Positions 27,927 to 38,550 of a stretch of DNA of 64,000 nucleotides are shown here, piece after piece; within the stretch, counting starts at the first letter, position 1, and each line of letters starts with the position of its first letter. Origin of the DNA: a virus; IMG/VR virus record IMGVR_UViG_3300022539_000610, positions 32,001 to 96,000 of that record. One strand, given 5' to 3'. The translations under genes and the position numbers were made by a program. Below the pieces are notes generated by a model. The model saw only the letters and a list, made by a program, of their open reading frames with translations, made no database searches and had not been told where the DNA came from.

Positions 27927-28958
27927 CTAAACCTTTCCTGTAATCAATTTCATAATGGTATCAAACTTCTCCGCAAAGACCTTATTGTCCCAGGCATTAA
28001 CTAAAGTAGTAAAAGCCTGATTAGTAATATGATGATATTCCTTGTAATTAGTAACTACTTCTATGAGGGTGGATTCTAAATCACCCCAATCCCACTTAAC
28101 AGGAACGTATGTCTTCCATGGTTGATAAATGTCAGGCCAAGTCTCCAGATGTGACATATCTGGTTTAACAAGAATTGCTCCTTGTGAAATTGCTTCGAAG
28201 TCACGAAAAGAAATTTCTCCTAAACCCCAAGGACTCAAACAAACCTTTGAACGTGACATCTTCTCATGGTAGTCTGAACCACGGCACTTTCCAGAGACAG
28301 TGAAATTGTTCCTTTGTACAATCTCATCTAAAATAGTCTCACAGGAGGCACGATGAAAGGCATAATGATCATCTATCTTTCCTAAGTTCTCGCGCTCAAC
28401 TTTCGTTGAGTGCTTCGTCTTAATACTAAAATGAATGTCAATGTCACGAGCCTTCTTCCGGTCAGACTTAGTTCGGATGTCAACCCCTTCTCGTTCCATC
28501 AAACCAAGATTCCACCCCAGATGAACTTTACTCAATACTTGATCATCTACATTATGATCTACTTCAGTAGTATTAGCCAACTGAGGACTCAACTTACTCA
28601 ATTGAAAATAGTGCCATCGTGACCTTGGATACTTTGTCTTATAAAGATTTCTATCGATTAGGAGTTGCTTCTTAACATAACCAATAATTTTTTCAGGGTA
28701 CTGCTTCACAAGCCGCATTTTAGCCGTTCCAGTACTGGCCGCATCGTCAAAAAAAACAATAGGTTTACCCAATTCTAAAAACCAATCAAAATCGATCTCC
28801 TTCTTAATACCAGTCATCTGAATGAAAATATAGTCAGCACTATCTGGAGTTTGTATAAACTCATATCCCAACTGCTTGAGTTCCTTAGAGGCTCGGTAAA
28901 TGGGATGTATCTGCCCTCTCGCAATCTTTCTAGAACACGCTGCAATATATATCTTCAT
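27927..28958 (-). CDS. glycosyltransferase (GT-B)
   Basis: CLSPWGLGE..RDFEA..GAILVKP. Confidence 0.75.
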   Translation of the reverse strand: MKIYIAACSRKIARGQIHPIYRASKELKQLGYEFIQTPDSADYIFIQMTGIKKEIDFDWFLELGKPIVFFDDAASTGTAKMRLVKQYPEKIIGYVKKQLLIDRNLYKTKYPRSRWHYFQLSKLSPQLANTTEVDHNVDDQVLSKVHLGWNLGLMEREGVDIRTKSDRKKARDIDIHFSIKTKHSTKVERENLGKIDDHYAFHRASCETILDEIVQRNNFTVSGKCRGSDYHEKMSRSKVCLSPWGLGEISFRDFEAISQGAILVKPDMSHLETWPDIYQPWKTYVPVKWDWGDLESTLIEVVTNYKEYHHITNQAFTTLVNAWDNKVFAEKFDTIMKLITGKV

Positions 28959-29605
28959 CTTTTCACCATAAATCCAAAGTTAGAAACCTTAAGCCAAACA
29001 GCAAACTCTGATTTCTCAAAATCTGTCAGCCCCTTGTCATCCATTCTATACTTAGATGCAACAAAGTCTAAGAAGGAAGTATTATAATCCACATCATGCG
29101 AACACAGCACCCCACCTTTATTAAGTTTAGACCAAAATGTTTCAAACTCCCACAACTGATGGCCGCGTCTATGTGTCGAATCATGTAAGAAAAGATCAAG
29201 TTTTAGTCTCTTAAACTCATCAGACTCAATATAGTCCTGTATCGATATGTGCATTTGACGACACCATTTCCTGAGATGCTTTGGAATTAAATCCCCTGTT
29301 TTCTTATTGTCACGCTCAATTGTAATTAATAATGGTGGAGCATTATCATTAGCTTGGACATTCTTTGATAATGCCTCTAAAATGAAACTAGAGGATTTCC
29401 CCAGCCCGGTACCAGTTTCTAAGCAAACTTGAGGCTTGAAGAATCTCACTACAGCATAAAGCATAAAGCAATCATCACTCCCCATCAAACCTTTGGGATC
29501 TTCTATCCTTGTTGAAAGATCTTGAAAAAACCCACTCCCTTTTACTTCCTGCATATAATCATAAAGTTCTTGCCACTTTATCCTAATTCTGCCTAACGCA
29601 CCCAT
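28955..29605 (-). CDS. class I SAM methyltransferase (Methyltransf_24-like)
   Basis: LETGTGLG, FLHDSTH, GGVLCSHD. Confidence 0.8.
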   Translation of the reverse strand: MGALGRIRIKWQELYDYMQEVKGSGFFQDLSTRIEDPKGLMGSDDCFMLYAVVRFFKPQVCLETGTGLGKSSSFILEALSKNVQANDNAPPLLITIERDNKKTGDLIPKHLRKWCRQMHISIQDYIESDEFKRLKLDLFLHDSTHRRGHQLWEFETFWSKLNKGGVLCSHDVDYNTSFLDFVASKYRMDDKGLTDFEKSEFAVWLKVSNFGFMVKR

Positions 29606-30485
29606 TTGCCCTTCCCCCTTGTGTTAGATAGACAGTAAACAAAACATGTAACTCCGCACTATGAAAAGTATAAGAATCAAGGAAATCTTTCAACTCATTA
29701 AGAATAACAGAGATTTCAAGTTGAGTCAGTTTCTTTTTCCATAAATTTACAGATTCAACATATATACCTTCTTTAGATTCTAATTCTTGATATGAAGTAT
29801 AAGGACTACTGATCTCCTCCAACATTCCAGAAACTACTTCCTTACTACTATCAACCTTCAACTTCCTGAGAATAACCTTTAAGGTCGCCATAGGATGGGT
29901 AACAAGCTCTTCATAAGAGACGATACCTACTGTACTATCTGCAGAGCTTTCTACATCTATTATTTGTAAGGATTGAAAGAATCGACGAAGCAGTTGACTA
30001 ACATAAGCGGCTGTCTTCTCTAACTGTTGTAACCTAATATTTTCCTCTATACTTACCCATGCATCTCCCACATTACTCCAGTATTTTCTAGAAGCACATA
30101 CAGCAAAAGGATTCCTCATCATATAAATAAATCTACCACTTAACTCCTGATCATCGTAAGGAAAAGCCAATTTGTATAATTTAAGATCATGTTCACCTTT
30201 AGGAGTCTTATGAAGTCTAACAACGCACTCACTATCTTCAAAATGGGAAAGAATAGCCTGTCTGACAACCATAGAATTGGAACAATCCTTATGTCCAATC
30301 TTTTCCCAGAAGCTATCTACCTTCCACTCCATAAATTTTTTGATTTGCTTTATATCATACTTTCCATGAATAATACGCATAAGATCAAAATCATTAGGGG
30401 TAACATCTATCTCCGGATGAGCTCCGAGTAACCTCTGAAGTAGAGTTGTACCTGTTCTCTGTTCACCAAAAATAAAAACGTTCAT
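29583..30485 (-). CDS. sulfotransferase
   Basis: GEQRTGTTLL, KTP, RNP, YEELV. Confidence 0.85.
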   Translation of the reverse strand: MNVFIFGEQRTGTTLLQRLLGAHPEIDVTPNDFDLMRIIHGKYDIKQIKKFMEWKVDSFWEKIGHKDCSNSMVVRQAILSHFEDSECVVRLHKTPKGEHDLKLYKLAFPYDDQELSGRFIYMMRNPFAVCASRKYWSNVGDAWVSIEENIRLQQLEKTAAYVSQLLRRFFQSLQIIDVESSADSTVGIVSYEELVTHPMATLKVILRKLKVDSSKEVVSGMLEEISSPYTSYQELESKEGIYVESVNLWKKKLTQLEISVILNELKDFLDSYTFHSAELHVLFTVYLTQGGRANGCVRQN

Positions 30486-31453
30486 ATCACACCCTCGATC
30501 CACTTATACCAGTAAGGAACTACATTATCCCATGAGAAGTCTTCCACTATTTCTCTACATCTTCGTTTCATCTTTAAAAGGAGATCAGGATGTCTATTTA
30601 AAAAGTCGATAGCATCTACCAACGCAGGCACTGTCCGGTCAATAATGAGTCCGTTGTAATTGTGTACAACAAGCTCATTGATGGCTCCGCAATCTGTACT
30701 CACAATAGCACATCCACTCGCCATTGCTTCAAGTACAGAACGACAGCTTCCTTCTTCACGCGAAAGGCACAAATATGAGTCAATTCCTTTATAGAACTCA
30801 GGCATCTGTTCATAATGTCTATACGTTCTGCCCCTTGTTCCTGTTTTTCTTTCTAATCTGAAATCACACAAAGCTTGCACCAAAGTGACTTTGTTTACCC
30901 TTTTCAATGCCTGTTCAATAATACTCCTATTTCCCTTCTTCTGATCAGTATCTCTTCCAGCATATCCACAGACCAACGCTCCATCAGTAATTTGTGCATA
31001 GTTAGGAGTGAATAAATCAATAGGTACAGCATTAGGTGTATAAGCAACATGGCTAAGCCCACATGCTCGAAATAGGAGCTGAAGGCGATAAGAGACAGCA
31101 CTCACACCTCTAAACTGTTTTAGGTAGGTAATTGTTTCTTTATTAGGCTTGACTTGATTGGTGGGGGTTGTTTCTAAGTTATCCCAACTTTCATGGCTGG
31201 CGATGGAGACAAGTGTTTTGGCAGGATCTACACCATAACGTTTATGGCAATGGTTGAAGGTTTGAAAACCAAGGAAAAGATACAGATCACACTGTTCAAA
31301 CAAAGGAGCAACCTGTTTAGGGTCCTCTTTTCCTCCTATAATCTCAAAGGAAAGGAGTCTCCCTTTATACTTGTTTGCTATTTGGGTTGCTTTCGTTTCA
31401 TATGCCCATCCCCTCCTATCAAGGACAAGAAGGACTTTCACAGGAGTATTCAA
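30482..31453 (-). CDS. glycosyltransferase family 4
   Basis: PNAV, EGSCRSVLEAMASG. Confidence 0.9.
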   Translation of the reverse strand: MNTPVKVLLVLDRRGWAYETKATQIANKYKGRLLSFEIIGGKEDPKQVAPLFEQCDLYLFLGFQTFNHCHKRYGVDPAKTLVSIASHESWDNLETTPTNQVKPNKETITYLKQFRGVSAVSYRLQLLFRACGLSHVAYTPNAVPIDLFTPNYAQITDGALVCGYAGRDTDQKKGNRSIIEQALKRVNKVTLVQALCDFRLERKTGTRGRTYRHYEQMPEFYKGIDSYLCLSREEGSCRSVLEAMASGCAIVSTDCGAINELVVHNYNGLIIDRTVPALVDAIDFLNRHPDLLLKMKRRCREIVEDFSWDNVVPYWYKWIEGVI

Positions 31454-31497
31454 TCGTTTAAACCTCTTTTAGTTTTATCATTCAACTAAATACATGG

Positions 31498-32235
31498 TCA
31501 TATCGACACTTTGGCAATCTTCCTTACCAGACCAACCTTCGGGTATTGACGTACAATATTAATTGCCTTCTGTCGTTTTAAATGAGTATGGAAAATCTTT
31601 ATCAATGGTAATATCCTGCTCAACTCTTCCGGACAGGCGTGGAAGTCTAATAATAGGTCAACCCGAAAATTCCAATAATAGGACAATGGGTAAATCCCTA
31701 CATCATCAAACTTACTTAGAAGTCGTGAAAAAACAAAACGAGTAGGACCTTGAGAATCTTTTGAGCAAACTGTCTTATACCACCGGGAGAATAATTTTAA
31801 CGTTTTCTCAGTTTTTCTAACAAACATCACACCGTTTTGAAAATGAGAAATAACATTTCCTTTAATTTCTATTTCCTGTCGTGGGGCAAAAGACAGAGCT
31901 ATCTGACGTTGGCCCCTTATAAAATCAAACCCTCTAAGTACATTCCCAACCGGCAAGGTGTCATTGTCGAGTATCAAAGTATGTTCATAAGGTGAGTAAG
32001 CTAAAGCAAGAATCTTAGAAACCATCCCAGGTGCCTGGTGTTCCTTACTTAGAGCCTTATAACTGTCAAAGGACTTTGTAATCTCTTTATTTACTCTTTC
32101 ACCAAAAACAATAGTCTGGGATAAATGGGGATGGAAGTGTCTCAATAAACTAGAAGAACGAAGAACCTCAATTTCCATTTGGGCGATTGACTCAGAATTG
32201 GTGCCTGTGACAACATACACAACACCGGATGTCAC
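31498..32235 (-). CDS. nucleotide-diphospho-sugar transferase (GT-A)
   Basis: SPYEHTLILDND, QNGVMF, WNFR. Confidence 0.7.
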   Translation of the reverse strand: MTSGVVYVVTGTNSESIAQMEIEVLRSSSLLRHFHPHLSQTIVFGERVNKEITKSFDSYKALSKEHQAPGMVSKILALAYSPYEHTLILDNDTLPVGNVLRGFDFIRGQRQIALSFAPRQEIEIKGNVISHFQNGVMFVRKTEKTLKLFSRWYKTVCSKDSQGPTRFVFSRLLSKFDDVGIYPLSYYWNFRVDLLLDFHACPEELSRILPLIKIFHTHLKRQKAINIVRQYPKVGLVRKIAKVSI

Positions 32236-32786
32236 TTCTTTTCTTCTTCTTCTTTTTTAGGTTGAAGCTGATCACATTTTTCCAGTAAGGTTTTCCTTTG
32301 TTCATCTGTGAGCTTTTTATCTCCTTCAATCTGAGAAACCAAACTAGTTACATTCAGCCCAATCTCCCACTTCTCTGCCTTTTCTAACTTATCCTCATAG
32401 TTCCCCTGAGTTTCCTGAATCTCCTTGTAGATCTGAGACCTTTGTCGTTCAAACTCAATTGCATCATTGATCTCACTATCATTAACAAGGTTTTTGTCAG
32501 TAACTACTTTGAATAAAGCGGCCATCATAAGTTCCGTTCTACTTAAACGAGATTCTAGTCCTTTAATCATTGCATTTACAGCATTCACCCATCCTAAGAT
32601 CTCTCTCTTAGGTACAGTAGAATTCATGTCTTTTTCAAGCTGACGGTTCTTCTTTCCTTGACTTCCTTGCTCCCGTTGTTGATTTCGCTGCACCTGCCGT
32701 CGCTGCTGCCTGTTCAAAGGAGAAGCAGTATGTTGCTGACGCAGGTCTTCCAAATTAATAACATTATTTTTCTTTTTATCATCCAT
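32232..32786 (-). CDS. hypothetical helical protein
   Basis: 184 aa, GGAAGGAGG RBS. Confidence 0.7.
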   Translation of the reverse strand: MDDKKKNNVINLEDLRQQHTASPLNRQQRRQVQRNQQREQGSQGKKNRQLEKDMNSTVPKREILGWVNAVNAMIKGLESRLSRTELMMAALFKVVTDKNLVNDSEINDAIEFERQRSQIYKEIQETQGNYEDKLEKAEKWEIGLNVTSLVSQIEGDKKLTDEQRKTLLEKCDQLQPKKEEEEKK

Positions 32787-32809
32787 CTTTTACCTCCTTC
32801 CTGTATAAA

Positions 32810-32861
32810 GGTATACCCTAATGGGAGATCATTGAAATTAGACGGTGTTTTACTAATCTGA
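32810..32861 (-). promoter_or_regulatory. conserved ~55 bp intergenic motif, copy 2
   Basis: AAAACAC-N14-GATCTCCC-N7-TATACC. Confidence 0.6.
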
Positions 32862-32913
32862 GGGGGTTTTAATAGGTAGGTCTCACCCCAGTCCTCAATT
32901 GTATTATAATGAC

Positions 32914-33954
32914 TTAGTTCACTGATCTTGAAACTTCATACCAGCCCACCCCAGTTATGTATATTAACTTCATGGTGTCATCAGCAGTAGCGTTAAAATT
33001 TGCACCCCCCTGTAAGAATAAATTAGCATTATCTTGAATCATTGTAACGTTGTCCCCAAAAACAATAGTAACTTCTTTCCCATCATCTGCTCCAGGGAAG
33101 TTCGTTATCACAGTAGCCCCAGTATTAGCTGTTAACCAAGTTCTATACCCAGCCACAGATGGGGTTGTCTCTCCATCAACAAAAATACCATGTCCAGTCC
33201 CCAATCCAACCCAAGTAGGCTCAGTTCTAAGATCAGTAGTATTTCCTACTGTTATATTGTTGTTACCAGCAGGTCGAACTACTGTACATATCGGCATACC
33301 ATAGACCTTTCCATCAACAATGGAGTAGCTCAAATCATCTGTGTCTGCTATATAAACCTGATCAGTTGCATCGTAAACGAAATTGAAAGTTCCAACCGTT
33401 GTTCTTGATCCCTGAGCAAAAACAGTTAAAGCATCAACTTGTACTGCATCCTCTGTCACCCTCGTCCTGTATCTAATCTGAATTCTGCGGGTACACTCAA
33501 ATCCAACTGCAGGGTCCACTATGTCATTGGTAGGGTTAGTTCCATAATAATCCTCATTCCCATACATGTAGATCGTACCATTCTCATCTACCTCCTCCAA
33601 CCAAATTTCAACCCAGACCAAATCGTTCCTTCCAACACCAGGATCAGCATCAGTGAATGTAATTAGGTTATCTGCGTTGTTAACACCATCCCACACACAA
33701 CTAAACCCATTAGCGATGAGTTCACTTGCATTGATTTCTACAACATTCACTCCGTGGTCATGAAAGCCCCCAGCCACAATCCATCCACTGGTAGAGATTG
33801 CCCCCATGAGTTTCTGAAGTCTGTCAGCAGAAATCCGCTGTTGTAAGTTAATATCCTGATCAAGGATAGGAACACCTGACATGATCGTAGCACCATAGAA
33901 GTTCCTATTCTCAGTAGGTAGAGCGAATGGTATGTTACCTCTTGAATATGACAT
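32914..33954 (-). CDS. baseplate/tail-fibre-associated protein
   Basis: GVPILDQDIN N-terminus, RNDLVWVEIW; last gene of baseplate block. Confidence 0.6.
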   Translation of the reverse strand: MSYSRGNIPFALPTENRNFYGATIMSGVPILDQDINLQQRISADRLQKLMGAISTSGWIVAGGFHDHGVNVVEINASELIANGFSCVWDGVNNADNLITFTDADPGVGRNDLVWVEIWLEEVDENGTIYMYGNEDYYGTNPTNDIVDPAVGFECTRRIQIRYRTRVTEDAVQVDALTVFAQGSRTTVGTFNFVYDATDQVYIADTDDLSYSIVDGKVYGMPICTVVRPAGNNNITVGNTTDLRTEPTWVGLGTGHGIFVDGETTPSVAGYRTWLTANTGATVITNFPGADDGKEVTIVFGDNVTMIQDNANLFLQGGANFNATADDTMKLIYITGVGWYEVSRSVN

Positions 33955-33982
33955 TTATCTTACTCCCAAAATTAAGTTAAAA

Positions 33983-34588
33983 TTACAAAGTCAACCACAA
34001 GGTTCGGGTTAGAACCAATGTGTCTACACCAATATTCAAACCAATAACTGCATGGGCTCTGTGGTTAACCATAACGCCCGAGTTAATGGCCACAGAAGCA
34101 TTCGCTCCATAAAGTCCAAACTCCCTAAGATACCCTGAAACAGCTGCCCCGAACGTTGCTGTCACCTCCAACTTTCCCGTTACAGTAGTAGTAACATTGT
34201 CATAGGCATCTAAATAATTTAAACCCGCAACCACGCGAGTTATCTCATTATATAGTGCTGTCAAGCTTGAAACCGATTTTGCTTGTCTCTGGGTGGTTGT
34301 TAGTGAGTCCCAAGACACCCCTTCACCTTGCCCTACGGCCCAGTAAGTGATTCCAGCATACCCACCTTCTCCACTCAAAAGACCGGCAATCAGTTTTGAA
34401 AAGTCTGAAACAATTATATTCTTGCCATGAAAAACCTGTTGTTCTCCTGTTCGTATATTGGTAAGGATATCTAAATACTCACCTTCTACTGCTCCTTGAT
34501 ATCTCTCTTTACCGCTACTAGTTGGTGGAGATAATCGCTTCAGTTCTCTTGCTTCGTTTCTTAAATCAATAACTTCTTTTCTATTCAT
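33983..34588 (-). CDS. baseplate/tail-collar protein
   Basis: NIIV...WAVG...LREFGLY pattern. Confidence 0.6.
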   Translation of the reverse strand: MNRKEVIDLRNEARELKRLSPPTSSGKERYQGAVEGEYLDILTNIRTGEQQVFHGKNIIVSDFSKLIAGLLSGEGGYAGITYWAVGQGEGVSWDSLTTTQRQAKSVSSLTALYNEITRVVAGLNYLDAYDNVTTTVTGKLEVTATFGAAVSGYLREFGLYGANASVAINSGVMVNHRAHAVIGLNIGVDTLVLTRTLWLTL

Positions 34589-36000
34589 TAGTAATCTCCC
34601 AGGAGTTTCGAGTAAAAATTACTCCATCTGTTGTCTTCATGAGGGAAAATTTCAGTCCTGTATGGTACACTGTCACCAGGGTGATAGTATTTCACAGTAT
34701 CGTCAAAGGGGACATCAACAACAGCCATCCCGGCAAACTCCGTCCAAGTTGCCCTAAATGGCGTCCCATGTTCAATACAATTTGTGTAGCTTGGATTATC
34801 ATTCGTGTAGAAGAGGATGTCTAAAACTTTATCGTCCTCATCAGGAAATGTTATTGTCCCTACGACATCTTCCTCTGCCACTTCTGATGCTATAAGATAT
34901 TCCTCTGCGTAATATAGAATCCAGAAAAGATTTGCCTCCACTCCAAACAACAGGTAACGTTCCATATTCCAAGCTAACTTAGCTGCTAAAACATCACGGA
35001 ATGATGAGTTGAACCATAGCCAAAGATCAACTTCATCAGAAATTTGAAGGTACAAACTGATCTTTTTCTTTTCTAAACAAGTACCTCCATGAATTCCATA
35101 TGCCTCTCCCATACATGTTTCGATCTGATCTGTTGCTCCTGACCAAGTATTGGTTTTACAATACAACAAGTTGCCTGGAGCCACATTGTCAGGGTAACTA
35201 TCACCCCAAACATTAGTTCTAAAAACATCCTTCCAATGCTCCCTTATACACACTCGGAACCCCGTGAGGGTAGTAATCATCTCAGATAAATTCGACATAC
35301 TACCCTTGCGTTTGTATAAGGAAGTACCAGCTGCTATCTCTCTTCTGGAAAACTCCTCTGGAATATCATAATTAAATTTTACTCCAACAATGTCAGATAG
35401 AAATGGGAGAATAGGATAAGGGCAAACATAAGGGTCTAACCAATTAAGGCATGATTCAAGTAAGTACCTAAATTCTGACATTACACAATCTATAGCTTGA
35501 AGATAATTGCGGTACTTAGTTGCAGAAGCTGGAGATAACTCCTTAGACCGTATGGACTCCTTATATACCAGTGGGTGGATCAACCAGAGAAACTCAAGGC
35601 AATCACATAACTCATACGCCGGCTTTAGTGGAATACCATTGATATCACGCGTCAAAGTCGTTTCAGTGTAGTAAATTCCAACACCAGGATAGGCGTAGAT
35701 TTCTAACCTTTCACCTGTTGAGATCGCCACAGGTGTTCCAGCAGGGGACCCTGGAGAACCCACTGAACCTGGAGAACCTACTGAACCTACTGATCCTGGA
35801 GAAGCTACCCCATTTGATTCTTCAGAAGGAGCGTATAGTTTAAACCAAGGCATCCAACCAACGTACAAGAGACGACCCTGAGAATCAGTTTTTTGGCAAA
35901 GCACAGACTCAGGTAACAGGTCAATAATCGACCTGACACTACCATAAAGAATGAAAGTTCTTGGATAGACAACATATTCACTGGGAGGAGTAACAGTCAT
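34588..36000 (-). CDS. baseplate wedge protein (P2 gpI / T4 gp7-like)
   Basis: LDP..CP..LPFLS..VG, LYKRKGS; follows J-like gene. Confidence 0.75.
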   Translation of the reverse strand: MTVTPPSEYVVYPRTFILYGSVRSIIDLLPESVLCQKTDSQGRLLYVGWMPWFKLYAPSEESNGVASPGSVGSVGSPGSVGSPGSPAGTPVAISTGERLEIYAYPGVGIYYTETTLTRDINGIPLKPAYELCDCLEFLWLIHPLVYKESIRSKELSPASATKYRNYLQAIDCVMSEFRYLLESCLNWLDPYVCPYPILPFLSDIVGVKFNYDIPEEFSRREIAAGTSLYKRKGSMSNLSEMITTLTGFRVCIREHWKDVFRTNVWGDSYPDNVAPGNLLYCKTNTWSGATDQIETCMGEAYGIHGGTCLEKKKISLYLQISDEVDLWLWFNSSFRDVLAAKLAWNMERYLLFGVEANLFWILYYAEEYLIASEVAEEDVVGTITFPDEDDKVLDILFYTNDNPSYTNCIEHGTPFRATWTEFAGMAVVDVPFDDTVKYYHPGDSVPYRTEIFPHEDNRWSNFYSKLLGDY

Positions 36001-37436
36001 TAAGTTGCCTCAACGTAAGTGATGGTGGCTGTTCCCTCTACTAAAAACTCATCTGCGTCAACTGTCACATTAGCCGTGGGGACAGTTATATCAACCCACT
36101 CAACCCCATCAGCACCCATAATCGTTTGGTAAATTTCAGCAAGTGTTATTCCCTCTCCAATAGATCGACCGGCATAATCATACATAGCCTGCAATGCTAA
36201 GTTAACATTTGCTTGAACAATATTACTCCTCTGATTTCTGGAGTAATGAACAGTAGCCGTGATGTCCAGAGAAGTAAGTGAACCAGCTTCAACAGACGTA
36301 GTGGTGGTGGGGAGTTTATGTTCCTCCACCCACTCCTGCACAGCACTAATCAATCCAGCCCCAGGAGTAGCAGGCAACCCATCTGCATCGGTTGCAAGTA
36401 TGTAAATTGTTATTACATGTTCTGACCAGGTGTACTTGACAGTAGCAGCAGATTTATACACTGTCCCATAAGTAGCGCTTGAAAAAAAGGAGGAGATTGA
36501 GTTAAAATCTTCCTCACTGACAAGACGCTCCATTGACCGAACAGATAAGGGAATACTTAATCTGGCTGCATCTAAGGTTTCCTCATCTGAACCTCCCGAA
36601 GCAGGACTCTCATTCGTAACACTTAAATCTGTGACAATAACACCATTGGCGTCAGAGGCTTCATCAACAAGTTCAGTAATTGCCCCTACCCCCACATTCC
36701 CTTCCAGACCTCCCCCATGCCGGTAGCTCATCTGAATCTGGGCACCAATAGGAGGGACCATTCCAAAATCACCGTTGCCAAAAGTAATAACTAACTCATA
36801 CTTCTCATTGTACTCACTCGTGTAGCCCTTATCCGAAGAAGTTATATCAACTGTACTTTCAAAGCTTGTCCACTCAACTCCATCTATGGTTACAACAAGG
36901 CTATCTTTCAAACCACTCTCAGTAGACGTGTAAGTTTGATTATTTGAACCATCAGAAACTCCTATGATTTCAGTCACTGTGTATCCCTGAGTAGCAGCAG
37001 CTTCTTCCTCAGTATCACCCGCGAAGAGGGTTATTGCAGAGGTAAGTTCAAAAATCACTCCTCCTGATGACTGGGCACGAAACCCCTTCGAGAGCGTGAT
37101 GTCTGCCATATGAGCAGCTTCCAACTCGAACAACAAAGTAACAGAGGAAGCAGTGGAACTACCTAGTTCATAATCGACAAGTTTCCCCAGGAGAAACATT
37201 GACTTTCTAATCTGTGTCGTTGAAAGGAACCACTGCTTAAAGTTAATATTAACCATATAAGCCAACAAGGACAGTTCCCATCCAACAGCATCAACTAGGA
37301 CCCTGGCGGCATTATCCTCCAAAAAATCCTGATATGTATCTGGTAAGTTGTGCTGGAGATAACTGATTAAGCTATCAACATAACGCTCAAAATCATATGG
37401 GACTAATTGCACTGATTGCTGTGTGGTTGTGGGCAT
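36000..37436 (-). CDS. baseplate wedge protein (J / T4 gp6-like)
   Basis: FGNGDFG..P, GG..GNV, GGSDEE, RLVSEEDF. Confidence 0.9.
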   Translation of the reverse strand: MPTTTQQSVQLVPYDFERYVDSLISYLQHNLPDTYQDFLEDNAARVLVDAVGWELSLLAYMVNINFKQWFLSTTQIRKSMFLLGKLVDYELGSSTASSVTLLFELEAAHMADITLSKGFRAQSSGGVIFELTSAITLFAGDTEEEAAATQGYTVTEIIGVSDGSNNQTYTSTESGLKDSLVVTIDGVEWTSFESTVDITSSDKGYTSEYNEKYELVITFGNGDFGMVPPIGAQIQMSYRHGGGLEGNVGVGAITELVDEASDANGVIVTDLSVTNESPASGGSDEETLDAARLSIPLSVRSMERLVSEEDFNSISSFFSSATYGTVYKSAATVKYTWSEHVITIYILATDADGLPATPGAGLISAVQEWVEEHKLPTTTTSVEAGSLTSLDITATVHYSRNQRSNIVQANVNLALQAMYDYAGRSIGEGITLAEIYQTIMGADGVEWVDITVPTANVTVDADEFLVEGTATITYVEAT

Positions 37437-37442
37437 AAATTA

Positions 37443-37853
37443 TCATCCTGTTGCAATGGGTATGGTTGTTACTAAAGTACTTGATGGGTTGTTCTTTAAT
37501 CTGAAGCTGACCGAAACTTCAGCTATATTATTATTTTTTCTCACATCTGAAGTCACCAATTTTGCTGATTCAAAAAGGACTCTTGGTTCCCAACGATTGA
37601 TAGCATCACCAATACAAAACTCTATATCCTGAGCCAGGAACTGATCATTGGGGTCAAACACTAAATACTTTAATCTACTACCAAAAGTGGGATACATAAC
37701 TCGTTCACCTATCCCCGTGTTTAGTAACTGAAGTAAGGCCACTCGTATTAATTCTGCTTCCCCCATGATAGTAGTGGCCTTCCCAGTCTTCACGAGAGGG
37801 AACCCACCTCCTTTCCAGTATTCAGCAGTATGATATTTTCGTAGTAGTTTCAT
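37443..37853 (-). CDS. gp25-like baseplate protein
   Basis: GERVMYPTFGS, WEPRV. Confidence 0.92.
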   Translation of the reverse strand: MKLLRKYHTAEYWKGGGFPLVKTGKATTIMGEAELIRVALLQLLNTGIGERVMYPTFGSRLKYLVFDPNDQFLAQDIEFCIGDAINRWEPRVLFESAKLVTSDVRKNNNIAEVSVSFRLKNNPSSTLVTTIPIATG

Positions 37854-38548
37854 TTCACAATCTCATTCAAATCCTTAAAAGGAATCAGATCGTTTAACTT
37901 CGACACAGGTGAACATGAATACACTCTTACCAACTTCTCCCTAAGAGCTTTGATTGTTGCCTCAAATGCCTGATAAAATTGTTGGTATCTAACAATGGAG
38001 GTTGCAGCAACTCGATGCCCACTATAATCATTGTGAAAGTGAGTCCTACCCTCCTCATCATGCATGTACATATCAAAACCTACAAGATACAAAGGCTTCA
38101 ACCCCATAATGTGAGCTATCCTTAGTGCTGATACTCCTGAGTTGTTCCAAAAAGACACAAGAGAACCAAGAGACTCAGGCACCACCCGAATATGGCATCC
38201 TTGACCTGAGTCACGCTTGACCACATGGATATCAGGGTATTTAACACAATCAATCTTAGCCTTCCGAGCAACGTTATCGGGACAAAACTTAACACAATTT
38301 ACTTCAACAATCTCATCCTTAAAATGCTTCCAAAACCAGGCATCTCCAAAAAACAGATACGTCGGAGTCAAGAGGTTGTAAGCTTTGTTGACTCCAATAG
38401 TAATCTCACCTTCAAGATTTGAAAAATCAAACCCATTGTCCTGCAACTTAGCAATCGAAGGCCCTCCACCTATAATAAAACCTCTTCTTCTGCCACTATA
38501 CAGGTCATCAAACTCCTTTGTGGCATAGTGGACTCGTGGGCCTTTCAT
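37850..38548 (-). CDS. Maf/DUF115-like putative sugar transferase
   Basis: IIGGGPS, IGVN, NSG..A, LVGFD, HFH. Confidence 0.7.
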   Translation of the reverse strand: MKGPRVHYATKEFDDLYSGRRRGFIIGGGPSIAKLQDNGFDFSNLEGEITIGVNKAYNLLTPTYLFFGDAWFWKHFKDEIVEVNCVKFCPDNVARKAKIDCVKYPDIHVVKRDSGQGCHIRVVPESLGSLVSFWNNSGVSALRIAHIMGLKPLYLVGFDMYMHDEEGRTHFHNDYSGHRVAATSIVRYQQFYQAFEATIKALREKLVRVYSCSPVSKLNDLIPFKDLNEIVK

Positions 38549-38550
38549 CT

